From: the human T2T-CHM13v2.0 reference genome, Homo sapiens
Strand: one strand, 5' to 3'
Length of the DNA stretch: 64,000 nucleotides
Assembly (NCBI RefSeq): GCF_009914755.1
Contig: NC_060937.1
Shown one piece after another: positions 40,721-52,808 of this stretch. The notes beneath the pieces are model-generated. The model worked only from the letters and a program-made list of their open reading frames with translations. It was not told where the DNA came from and did not search any database. How positions within the stretch are numbered: position 1 is the first letter of the stretch; each line of letters begins with the position of its first letter. Made by a program: the position numbers and the translations under genes.

Positions 40721-42767
40721 ATATAAGGCAGCTGACCTGAACGCTTCAAAACCAACAATGTCATGAAAACCAAAACAAAAACACAAAAATGCAAAAGCAA
40801 AAGAGATGGGGCAGGGGGCGGGGGTGCTCTCGATTAAAAAGAAACAAAAGAGCTTCAGCAAGCAGGGGCGTGTGAGATTCTCCTGTGGATCTGTCTTCTT
40901 AAAAACCTACCAAGGACGTTTTTGGGATGGCTGGGGACATTTGGAGAGAGACTGTATAACCAGAGGTACAGCGCTGAGTCAACAGTGCTGACAGCTGATG
41001 CGACATCAACACTGAATCAATGCTGAGCTGCTTGGCTTGGCGTGTCATTGTGGTTATTTCAGAGAAGGTCCATGTTCTTGGATGACACCGGCAAAAGTGC
41101 TGGGGCAAGGGGCCCTGATTCCATGGTTTGCTCTCAGACGGGTTAGCAAGCAGTGGATCCAAAACGAAACTTCACGCATGTACATACACGCACATATAGA
41201 GAGCGAGAGAATACAGATGAGGAAACGCGTTAGCAACTGGTGACTTTAGAGTGCTCGTTACATTATTATCTCAGCTTTCTGTAAGTTTGAAATTTTTCAA
41301 AATAAAACACTGGGGTAAAAAGGAATCTAACTAGAATGCTATGCATGTAGCACATCCATGGTGATCACTGTTTTGTGGGTTCACATGCCCAGGGAGGCTG
41401 AGAATCCTGGGCAGAAGGCTGAGGGTTGTAATTGTAAGTGTCTGTGTGCACCTGCTGCCCCTCCTCCGGCAGCCCTAAGTAGGTGCGGCTCGCTCTTCCT
41501 CCCGGAAGGAAACCTGCAGCCTCGGAGTACCTCTCAACCCTAAGGGATAATGTAAAGTCCTCTGGTCACTCCCAGCCACAAGAATCACTTCTGTACTTAA
41601 AATGTCCTGGCCCACTACCTTCTAAAATTCATCCACCATTGAAGCGTCCCTCCCCGCTGCACCTCACATATTCAGCCTGGAAGCCTGGAAGTGGGGGGCT
41701 GTGGCCAGCCCCTCCCCTATTTCTTCTGTCCTCAGCTCTTCCCTCCCCGCTTCCTGTGGGGCCCAGAGAAGCGGCCCCACCATCGCCACATGTGCTGTCA
41801 AGTGTGTCAGGCAAGGCCATGTGGACACCCTGGGCCACGGAGCAAGAGAGAAGCTCCGTCAACTGAAGGCACAAGGAAGCCTCAGCACAAGGGGCTGGAG
41901 GCGTCTGCCCTTCGCCCAGGAGCAGAGGGGGCTGCCTGAAGAAGGAGGGTGAGGGGAACAAGACCCCTGCATCCAAGGAACCCCTTGAGCAAGGGCCAGG
42001 CCCCCGGGGGCTGGAACCTCCAGAAGCTTCCCACAGGAGCCAGCTTTAGACATCAGTCCTGCCGGAGGAAGGCACCCATCACATGGAGCGGATCTGAGGG
42101 GCCCCTCTGCTGGAGGAGGACAGGTGGGGACCCTTGGGAGGACACCCCCGGGAGGACAGGTGGGGCTGGTGGGGCCACCTCTTGGGCTCCACAGAAAAGC
42201 AGGTGGCTGCAGACAGACCCTCCCTCCCAGGGTCTCCACGGGTGCCTGCATCCCTGAGCTGCAGGCTTACAGAACGAGTTGCAAATCTTCCAAATGTTCC
42301 CACAGAGACCCTCGGACTTGATTTGAGGTGAGGGGGGTGAGCAATAAGGCCTGACATCTGTCCTCAAGGACTTACAGTCTGAGTGAGAAAGAGAAACCAC
42401 AGCCATTTTGGGAGTGTGACAGGAGTCAGCCCATGGTTTGCAGAAAGGAAACGGAGGGTGTGGTTGTCCCATCCCAGAGGCCGCCAGTTCCCTGCGGGGT
42501 CCACATCTGAGAGCAGGGGAAGGGCAGCCCAGGTGGAACCCACTCCCAGCTGCTCTACAGAATCCTCAAATGGGCAATTCAGCCACTGAGAAAAGCAGAA
42601 CTCAGTAGGGGCAGATGGAAGGGCCATAAGCCATGCTGTCTGGGCCTTATCCTGGAGAAATGGATGGGGAGCCAAGGAGAAGTGTGAGGCCAGGCCGCAC
42701 TGGCCCATCTGTACTTAGAAAGATCGGCATGTAGAAAGAGCATTCCGGCAACGGCCCAGATCAGCAG

Positions 42768-43006
42768 GGCTGGGGACAGGCTGGGGACCCAGGGTCCCAG
42801 GAGTCAGGTGGGGGACAGGCTGAGACCCACGGTCCCAGGAGTCAGGTGGGGACAGGCTGAGACCCAGGATCCCAGGAGTCGGGTGGGGACAGGCTGGGGA
42901 CCCGGGGTCCCAGAAGTCGGGTGGGGACAGGCTGAGACCCGGGGTCCCAGAAGTTGGGTGGGGGCAGGCCGAGACCTGGGGTCCCAGGAGTCGTGTCGGG
43001 GACAGA
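42768..43006. repeat. ~37-38-bp G-rich minisatellite, ~6 copies
   Basis: Unit ggggacaggctgagacccagggtcccaggagtcaggt. Confidence 0.92.
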
Positions 43007-43384
43007 TGGCCCCCATAGATGTGTGGCCAGCACTGGAGGGACCTAGCACTGACCTCGGCAGGAGAGGTGGGTGACAGCAAATGGACATGGGAAGGCTTGC
43101 ACTGTGTCCTTCTTGCAAAGAAGCCTGCAGAACCCCAAGCTGGGAGAGAGGGGATGAGGGTGAGAAGGCAAAATGCCAGGGACATGTGGGTCCATCCTGA
43201 ACAGCAGCGAGAAATGCGTGGCACAAAGGCATCAAAGCTCCTCGCAGCCCACCCAAAATACAGCTGAAGGCTAAGTGGGAAGTTAGGGACCCGTGCAGGA
43301 GGATGTGGGGTGCAGGTGGCTCTAACGTGCACAGGGCCAGCCCCATGGCACAGGGGTGTCTCCTGAAGGCACAGGGGCATGGAC

Positions 43385-44112
43385 CCAGCCAGGAGGCAGG
43401 ATGGCCCAGCAGGCAGGAGGATGAACCAGCTGGGAGGGAGGACGACCCAGAGAGAGGGAGGACAGCCTAGCCAGAAGGGAGGATGGCACAGTGGGTTGGA
43501 GGACAGCCCAGCCAGGAGGGAGGACAGCCCAACCAGGAGAGAGAACAGCCGAGCCAGGAGGGAGGATGGTACGGTGGGTGGGAGGACAGCCCCGCCAGGA
43601 AGGAGGATGGCCCAGCCAGGAGGGAGGACAGCCCAACCAGGAGAGAGGACAGCCGAGCCAGGAGGGAGGATGGTACAGTGGGTGGGAGGACAGCCCCACC
43701 AGGAAGGAGGATGGCCCAGCCAGGAGGGAGGACAGCCTAGCCAGAAGGGAGGATGGCACAGAGGGTGAGAGGACAGCCCAGCCAGAAGGGAGGGAGGGTG
43801 GACGGCCCAACCAGGAGAGAGGACAGCCCAGCCAGGAGAGAGGACAGTCCAGCCAGGAGAGAGGACAGTCCAGCCAGGAGGGAGGATGGCCCAGAGGGAG
43901 GGAGGATAACTCAGAAGGAGGGAGAACGGCACAGCAGGAGGGAGGATAGCCCAGTGAGTGGGAGGACAGCCCAGCCAGGAGGGAGGATGGCCCAGAGGAA
44001 GGAGGGAGGACAGCCCAACCAGGAGGAAGGACGGACCAGAGGGAGGAAAAACGGCCCAGCGGGAGGGAGGACAACTTGGAGAGAGGACGGCACAGCAGGA
44101 GGGAGGACAGCG
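43385..44112. repeat. Purine-rich degenerate ~21-bp minisatellite
   Basis: Unit aggacagcccagccaggag(a/g)g with variants over ~730 bp. Confidence 0.92.
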
Positions 44113-46736
44113 CAGGCACCATGGGCCAGTGCAAGCAAAGCAGCCAGCATTGTCCACTGGCCGAGGCAGGAGCACCGCTGCGCCATCGGGTCTGGTGCTC
44201 TCCCGAGAACGGGGGGGAGAAATTCCTGAGAACTGAGCTACACTCAGGAAATGCCGTGAGTGTCTACAGAGGCCCTAAGGAAGGAGTCTCTCCATGGGAC
44301 GCTGGGTGTTGAATCCCCACCATCGACACTGTCAGGGACCTGCAGGTTCAGTGGATCCTTCATAGGCACCGGAACCTTTGCCTCTGTGTGCAGAAGCGTT
44401 TCCACCCAGCTGCCTGGTGGGAGCTCGGCAGAAGATTTGGAAGGATGGGTAGGTTCTCAAAAAGGAGGAGCAGTATCTCAGGAAGGAAACGACAAACTGA
44501 CCTTGCAAGTTATTCTGCAAGATTTAAGATCTCCTGAAACTTTTGGCATTGCTTATAGGATAAAATTAACTGGTTTTGTTTGTGGATTAATCCTTTTCTG
44601 TCTCAAGGGCCATGTCTACATTATTTTCACACATGGATGAATGGCCAGTTGTTTGGGTCTCATCTACACAGCTCTGCTGTGCTCACACTGTCCTGAGTGT
44701 CCTTTTCTTCAGAGATTCCATCCAGCGGTTTCCGAGCTGCCCAGTGAGCAGGACCTGGGCTGGAGTGGGGGCGGGGGTGGTGTCCAGGAGAGGGCCTTGT
44801 TGAAGTCGGGGCCAACCGGGTGAAGAGAGATGTCAGGGAAACCAGCATGGTTGGGAAGGAAAGCGGGGGCTGGCGTGGTCAGCGCGTCGGAAGCCATGAG
44901 GGTCAGCTGTGTGGGGCCAGCTCAGAGGGCGACAAAGTCCTGTGCACCAGAGACTAGCAGGCACCAGCAGACACTTCCCAGTTGGAGCACAGCTGGCCAA
45001 ATATCCCAGGAAAATTTAACCCCAAAGTCACACGCTGCCCCCAGTAAATCAACCATGACGAGATGTTTCATGACCAGCGAAGGCCATTCACAGGGTCTTA
45101 CCTGTCCCTCGACACAGGCTGCTGACTGGGGGATGCCTCACAGAGCAGGTAGTTCAGCTCCCTCAAAAACATACAAAGAAACTGATGCTTTTAAGAAGTG
45201 ATGTTATCAGATGAACAAGAAGAGTCTCCTTTCTTTTTTGAAGGCTAGAACTGTCTAGGGGGGAAATATGTGTATGCAAATATGAGACAGCAAATTACAT
45301 ATGAACCTCCCAATAAAAACAGCTTCTGCACCCAAACCGAGTTATTGGCATGGATCAGAGTGGTGGTGATGGCGGGGGTGAGGGCCAAAAACCAATGTCC
45401 CTTACGCTTGAAACCTTTGTTCTACATCCGACCCAGCAAACCCATTGCCTCTGTATTCTGCCTGTTCTGCAGGACTTAAGTCAGCCCTACAACAGTGTTC
45501 AGTTTCTCTCTGCCACACCAGGTCCCTAGAAAACTGCCAATAATTTGGAACAGAGACCGAAGACGCCTGTCCTGATACGACATAGAGAGAAGCCCAGAAA
45601 CCCTGGTGCTGGGCATCAAGGTTGCCCAAAACATCTGGTAAATGACAAGGACCTCCATTAAGACTTGGTGTGAGTTGGACGTCGTTTAAAAGAGCAGGTG
45701 AATTTCAAGAAGCAAACTCATGAATCGTGCCTGAGAGGGCACCAGTCCCTGAGATAGGCCCAGATGGTAGCAATGCTGGCTCTCACCTGAGGGTGTGGCT
45801 GGAGCCATGGGGAATGGAACAGGCTGGGGGAGAAGGGTCCAGGTGGATGGCTACCTTCTGAAAACACTCACTGCCACACACAGAATTGTTGACTCATTCC
45901 CCCAAAACTGGAACCGCCGGCAAGAAGGCGACAGAGATGAATTCTCAGCAGATTCTCAGAGTTTACTATTGTTCAAATTTTCCCAGAGTTTCTAAAGATC
46001 CAAACTTCACCCCATCTGTCCAGCAGAAACTGCCTTATTTCATCACGCAGGTTAGATTTCTATGCCTGTTAGCAAAGGCCTCATTCTCAAGAAAACAATC
46101 TGATTGACATATTTTCCCACCATGGAGTTTCAAATGAAGTCAAAGTCCGAGCAAAATGCAACTGCCAAACCCCACGAGCTAAAATCAACGGGGAGCTTCA
46201 GCACAGCTCTGCGTGCGGTGGACTCACCGGGCTGTGTGTGTGCACTTTGTTGTTACTGCTCCCTGGGAGAGTAAGGGTTATGCGTCCCAAAGCCATGCTG
46301 GGCTGGGCCCTGAGAAGACTGTTGTCTGCATCTTGCAAACTGCAACTCCTCCTCTGCTCACAGGCCTGGCTGGAGAGAGCAGGAGGTCAGTACAAGAGGA
46401 GGGGACCCCTTTGCATGTGGGAAAAAAAAAAGCCGTCAATACATATGAGAAGCTTGTGCACAGGCCCATGAGATTGCTGGAGACACGCAGCCATGGACTC
46501 CAGCATCCTTCAGAAATGGGGGCTGTTTTCCACCTGCCCTTCCCGCAGGTCCACGTTAACTCAAGGTTTATGGAGTTCAGAAAGCAGGAAACACTCAATT
46601 CAGTAAATTCCCTTAGGGCTCCCACAGGGAGAGGTGAACCCATAGAGAACCATGTGTGGGTAAATTTTGTTCTTGTTTTGTGATCTTTGCTGATTATTCA
46701 ATTTAATGAGTTATAACAAACAGCATTATCACTTAC

Positions 46737-46832
46737 CAGAAAGATGTAAGATGCGAATAATGAAATCCATAGCGCGAGAGTTCTTTACGGCAGCGCCGGC
46801 TTGGGGATGCTCGCCTATGGTAGAGACCGGTC
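46737..46832 (-). other. Candidate 96-nt spliced exon (probably lncRNA)
   Basis: ctcccgcag|GACC...TTTCTG|gtaagt on the minus strand; CpG-rich; weak polypyrimidine tract. Confidence 0.3.
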
Positions 46833-46904
46833 CTGCGGGAGTGGCTCTCACCCCACCAGAGGGCTTCTCTGGGCCCTGGGGAGCTGTGTGCTGAGTGTGG
46901 GATG

Positions 46905-47130
46905 TTAACCGTACACATTTGTTGAGCACCCACTGTTTACCTGGCACCATGCTACTGCTCCATACATACTGTCTCCTACGCACAAAATAATGCCACAAAG
47001 TACATATATTACTCCTGATTTGCAGCTGGGGAAACTGAGGCTCGGGGTGTTAGGTTTTGCCAAAGGTTTCAACACCACAAGCGGCAGCGCGATTATCTGG
47101 ACAGGTGTGAGACACGCCCAGCCCGCGAGC
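46905..47130. mobile_element. MIR
   Basis: catttgttgagcacccactg...cctggcacc...ttgcagctggggaaactgaggctc. Confidence 0.7.
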
Positions 47131-48579
47131 CTTCTGCTCTCACCCATGGCTCCTCTCAGAACCTGTGGCAGACACCCCGGAGCCACTGTGGCTGTCAGGG
47201 CATCAGCGTTGCTGGGTGCCTGCCATGCACCCTGCACTCTGCGAGGCATGGGGAGCCATCCTCCTGCAACTTGCATTGGTTTCCTGTGTCCCATGCCTCC
47301 TCACTTTGCACCTGCTCTTCCCTCTCCCTTCCCCACAGCCCACCTGGGAGCTCTTCCTGCCTCGCGACTTGGATGGAGGTCTTGGTCAAATCCTCGCTCC
47401 TCTGTTTCCTACCTGCACACCTGAGTGACTTCCTGAGCCTGTGTGTGCCTCTGTTTCCTCATCCGTGAGATGCAGGGACACCCGCCGTGAGTGTCAGCAG
47501 AGACGGTGCCCCTAGAGCCTCCTTGACACCAGCAACCTACTGCTGCTGTTGGTGTCAGAGGCCCTTGGTCTCTCATCACACCGAGGAAAGAGCCCCATGC
47601 CAGCTCTCATCACCTGGATTAAATTGTTCACCCTTCTGCTATGTGCACCGGACGACCACCCTCCTGGGTAATTACCTGGATTCCCCAAGTCCATGCGAAC
47701 AGAAAAGAGGGCCTCCCTCTTACTCAATGTAACATCCATGCTGGTGCGTGGCAGGGCCTCAGCAAATGCCTGTGAAGTGAGTGGCTTATGCTGAGTAATC
47801 AGGCACGTGGTCATCCCACACAGTGTGGACGTGCCAGGCAGGATGAAATCGTGACAGACAGGGGTTCTCTGCAGGGCTGGCCATCAAGGGCCGAGTGAGA
47901 ACACACAGAGCAATGACAGCTGCAGCAGTGGGCCCAGAACCAGGTGTCCGCCTGGGCTTGCCATGAGGAATTCGGAAAGGAATTCCCAGGTGTGACCTGG
48001 TTCACAGGAGCCCATGGGAGCTTCGTGAAAGTGGAAAGAGGATTTGAACTTGGTGGAGAGAAGAGAGGTGGAGGAAAATGCAGAAAGGACCTCAGAGGCG
48101 CCGCTGCAGCCCCTCCTGTGGCCTGGAATCCGATCCCGGGCTGCAACCCAGGAGGCCTGCGGAGATGGAAGACGATGGCTGCAGGGAAGACCAGAGCCTG
48201 GCATAAGAATCAGCTGCTTCTGATGGCTTCGCCCTTGAGCCCCATGATGAGGGAAGAGTTAAAAAGGTCTCTTGAGCACAGTGAGTCATGGCCATGGCTG
48301 TCATTTCCTTTTTCTCCACCAACCTGCAGCTCTTCTTCCCTCCAGTTCTCTGCTCAAGCATGACCTTCATGAAGCCTTTGAAAGTCAGCCTCGCCCTTCC
48401 AAGATTCCACTCTGCCCCCTAACAGAGCCTCTCGCTTACCAGTGTGCTTCTGTGTAAATGTCCTGATATTATCCCCCTGGGATAGTTCCCAGAAACCTTT
48501 CCTGGCAGCCACCTTCTGCGCCCAGCAGGACCAGGCTCCACCATTGCCTGGGATACGTTCAATGGAAGGGCTGTCTTCT

Positions 48580-48850
48580 GGGGTCCCCCACTAGGTTGTC
48601 ATCTCATCAATGATTAAGTCTTATTTAATTCTATGTCCCCAGAGCTTGGGAAAGCACCTACAAGTCATAGGTGTTCAGTGTTAGTAATAAAAGTTATTAC
48701 TATTAAATAGTTCTTTTATTTAACAATATAGTTATTTAACTCTTTATATTATAGTTAAATAAAAACTAATATACTATAGTTATTTATATAACTATAGTTA
48801 AATAAAAGAACTAATGAATCAACAAATGAAGGAATAAATAAATGAACAAA
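48580..48850. mobile_element. L2 3' end containing an AT-rich palindromic insert
   Basis: tctatgtccccagagc...cataggtgttcagt...aatgaatcaacaaatgaaggaataaataaatgaa. Confidence 0.55.
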
Positions 48851-50688
48851 GATATTCTACTTCCTCGGGGAACAGTGAGTTGTACCATTGATGGCTCAGC
48901 AAAAGAAACAGAAACCACCGCGGGGGCTCCAGGGCAAGCTGAGGGCCCCCTGGAGCAGGGCTGGCAGACAGGGCTTTGGTGGGACCTCCAGGATTGGCTC
49001 TTAGAACCCCAAAGACCTGACCCACTGACAGCCTTTGCCACAAGTTGAAAATGGGGAATCAGGTGCACCAAAACCACCAGATTCAGGTCAAAGACATACA
49101 ACCAGGATCAGGGAGCTGCAAATGCCACTCAGCCGTTCAGCTGGGTGTTCCACCTTTCCACACAAACCCGCTCCTCAACACAGGACTGCTGGTGCAGGGG
49201 CGGTGCTGTGGGAGTGTCCGACGGTGCAGCCTCTCCAGGTAGCAGGAGATGACCACCTGCAGCAAGGAGATGGCGCCCACTTAGCCTCTGCTTTGACATC
49301 TCCATAGGTAAGAGAAGCTAGTGAGGAAATGGAAGTGGCGTGCAGAATCCCAGCTGCAGAGGGGTCAGGAACCGTGGCTCCTGCAAGCTCTCCAGCTTCT
49401 GCGGTCGAGGAAGACACACCAGATGAGGAAAGAAGGCACGCTTTGTGAAAAGGGCCATTTCCAACCCAATGTGTGTCCACATGGACAAAGCCCATGACCT
49501 AATAAGCAGAGCCCTCCATATCCCTAAATCTGGAATGTCCCCAATACTAAACAGGCCTGGTTCTTCCTCGCACTCTGAATTCATGGTCATTAGTAAGGCG
49601 TTCATTCCTGCAGGCCCAGTAGATGCTGACTCCAGTTTGGGCTGCAACGGGAGTAGCTATTTTGTATCTGGAAGCAGCAGTCCCACACCCCTGTCTGCAC
49701 TCACCGCCCAGGGTCCCCCGTCACTCACAGCGCATTGGCACAATGGCCAGAATCCCCCGTGACCGTCACCTCTCCCCCGCTTCAGGCTCTCCTGCTGTAG
49801 CCTCTTCTGTGGAATTCTCCTTATGACCCATTAAAATAAAAAAGCAACCCCAGGAATCATTTCTGACGTTCAGATTCCAGATGGAGACAGGCCAGCTTTT
49901 GCACATGCAGTACTGCTGTGCAGAGGAAATAACTTGGCTCGCAGGGTCAATCTCAGCCCGTGCCTCATGCCTGCGCTCTCCAAATCCCACGGGAATCCCA
50001 GGCTCTTACCTAGGGGCAGCTTTGTGGTGCTGCTCCGCCTGGAAGCAGCCTCTGGCACACAATCTGGTTTCGGGTTCCACTACTCCTAGATGACCCAGAC
50101 CCAGACTCATTCATTGACCCTCTCCAGGAGACTCCTGGGATTTCCCCTGAACAATGTCCCTGTGGAATCTGAGACTGTAAAAGTAAATATTAATTTTTTG
50201 CCTTTTTCTTTTTTTGGTCACTACTCATTGCCTAAAGAAGTCCGTTGGCCTTAGATGGAAATCGAACAGCTGGATAAAGCTATTTTAATCTAGGCCTTAG
50301 TGTTATGTCTGGAGTCTAAGCAGTGACTGACTTCTCATTGCATAAAGTTTCAGGGATGAGTGAGTTATTTGTACCTTGGCCGCTAGTGTGTGAAGGTCTG
50401 GGATCCTGTGGTAAGCAAGGCCACAGGAGCTGTCTCTCCAGGACAGGCCCAGGGTCTCTGCTGCCCTGGCGGCCCCATCCCTGCTGGTGGAATGTCCTTC
50501 TCCCTGTGGAAGGAGGCCTAGTTCCTGGAACCTGCAGACGGTCAGAATGACCCATGTACCCTCAGGGCATCTGCCAGGAGAAGCGGGAAGCAGTGACCCT
50601 TAAGGCCTGTCTGATGAGGGCTCCGCATTTCCTTCCTTGCAGGGTCTCAGGGGAGCAGAAGCACATTGGAGCATGGCCCTGTTCACCC

Positions 50689-50713
50689 GTGTGTGTGTGT
50701 GTGTGTGTGTGTG
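50689..50713. repeat. (GT)n microsatellite
   Basis: Read directly. Confidence 0.95.
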
Positions 50714-50796
50714 AGTCTGGGTCCCAGGAACAGGGAAACATACTTGCTTCCAGCACCATGACAAGAACCAAGAGAAAAGTTCTCCCCAATCTAATG

Positions 50797-51095
50797 GGTG
50801 AGCCACTGCCCTCCTGTCCCCCACCCAGAGGGTGATCCAGAGCCCTCCTGTCCCCAACCTAGAGGATGAACCACTGCCCTCCTGTCCCCCACCCAGAGGG
50901 TGACCCAGAGCCCTCCTGTCCCCAACCTAGAGGGATGAGCCACTGCCCTCCTGTCCCCAACCCAAAGGGTGACCCAGAGCCCTCCTGTCCCCAACCCAGA
51001 GGGTGACCCAGAGCCCTCCTGTCCCCAACCCAGAGGGTGACCCAGAGCCCTCCTGTCCCCAACCTAGAGGATGAGCCACTGCCCTCCTGTCCCCA
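50797..51095. repeat. ~34-bp minisatellite, ~9 copies, two unit types
   Basis: ccctcctgtcccc recurs every ~34 bp with tgagccactg or tgacccagag spacers. Confidence 0.93.
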
Positions 51096-51499
51096 TTTCA
51101 GGGGTCTCTTGTTCCTTGGGCTTCTTATCTGGGACTCATCTTTTCTGCCCCATCTCTCATCTCCTTCATACCCCGGCGGTTCTCCCTCATGTCTTAGAGA
51201 CCTAAAGGGACCTGTTCAGTGTCCTCTGGCCAAGTGGTCCTATTGTCCTTCCCTGTAATGCAGAGCATATCAGAACTGGAGCCTACAGATTATCTCGTCC
51301 TGTCCAAATACTTTATTCCACTGATAAAACCATCTGAGAACCAGAGATTTTCCCAAGGTCAGAAATCTAGCAGATTAATGATATCAGGTTTATGTCTTCA
51401 AACAACGTGCCAGTCACTGCATTTATTATTGGAAGACAGATTTGTTCCTGTTGAACCAACAGCAAAATAGAGGCTATTTCTTGATGCTTAGCATGGATC

Positions 51500-51625
51500 A
51501 GAGACAGTGCTGATTCTCACCATAAGATTATCCATTTATTCAGATGAAAAGCTGAAGCTGAGAAGTTAAGTAGCTTGCCTTGGGTCACCCAGTTACCGAG
51601 TGGCAGGGGCGTTCGGCCCACGTGT
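51500..51625. mobile_element. MIR
   Basis: cagatgaaaagctgaagctgagaagttaagtagcttgccttgggtcacccag. Confidence 0.65.
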
Positions 51626-52356
51626 TGAGGATCTGAGGCCCTTGCTGAGAGCCAATCGGGCAGGTAGTTCTGCCTTTCCCAAGGTGGCTGCGTGGGGGTC
51701 GCACTGCCTCTCCCGCCTTAGAAACGGCCCCAGTGATGCAAACGGCTCCGAGTGCACGAGATCTCTCTGAAATTTGTCAAATGAGAGTTGAAGCTCTGCA
51801 ACTACCCATACGTAGCCCGGGGCCCTGCATTTTCCTCAGCAGCAGGGCCAGGCCCACCGTGACGGCTCCGCACCGACGCACCCTTCTCAGGGCAAGATCG
51901 ACACAGAGTGCTCTCCAGGGCCACCCGGAGATGCCCAGACTCAGAGGCCTGCCTCCAGCCCTGCCTGCCTGGACAGCAGGCCTGAGAGCCGGACATGCTT
52001 CCGTGTGGCCGTCACATCCCCAGAGTTGCACCCGCGCAGGCCGTGTGTGCACGTGTTCTTGAATCCTAGGGTGTACATCATGTCCCCAACCCCACCCCAC
52101 TCAGCGCCAAGGGAGGGAAGGGGAGTCCAGCTCCCCTCGCAGGGCCGGACTGAGCACTCTGCACTCGGCCCTGCCGTCCCCTCTCCACCCTCCCCTGTCC
52201 TCCACCCTCTTCTGAGTCCCGGAAGCTGATTTCCAGGGGATTCTGGCCTGGGGGTGGGTTTGATCACTGGGAAGGATGGCAGGGGCCTGGAGGGCAGGAA
52301 AAGTGGGGAGTTGGGACCTGTATCTCCTAGTCTCTCCTGGGGCTGCATATCAGCAG

Positions 52357-52808
52357 CTCCGCGTCTCCACCAGTGGCCACGGCGCGCAGCCCTTCCTCAG
52401 GCCCAGCTCCCTCCGCGTCTCCCCAGTGGCCACGGCGCGCAGCCCTTCCTCAGGCCCAGCTCCCTCCGCGTCTCCACCAGTGGCCACGGCGCGCAGCCCT
52501 TCCTCAGGCCCAGCTCCCTCCGCGTCTCCACCAGTGGCCACGGCGCGCAGCCCTTCCTCAGGCCCAGCTCCCTCCGCGTCTCCCCAGTGGCCACGGCGCG
52601 CAGCCCTTCCTCAGGCCCAGCTCCCTCCGCGTCTCCACCAGTGGCCACGGCGCGCAGCCCTTCCTCAGGCCCAGCTCCCCCGCGTCTCCACCAGTGGCCA
52701 CGGCGCGCAGCCCTTCCTCAGGCCCAGCTCCCTCCGCGTCTCCACCAGTGGCCACGGCGCGCAGCCCTTCCTCAGGCCCAGCTCCCTCCGCGTCTCCACC
52801 AGCCCTTT
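52357..52808. repeat. 54-bp CpG-rich VNTR, ~8 copies
   Basis: Unit ctccgcgtctccaccagtggccacggcgcgcagcccttcctcaggcccagctcc; near-identical copies with small indel variants. Confidence 0.97.

Noticed and set aside
42715-44229. 486-aa and overlapping ORFs
   Set aside because: Low-complexity translation of two GC-rich minisatellites
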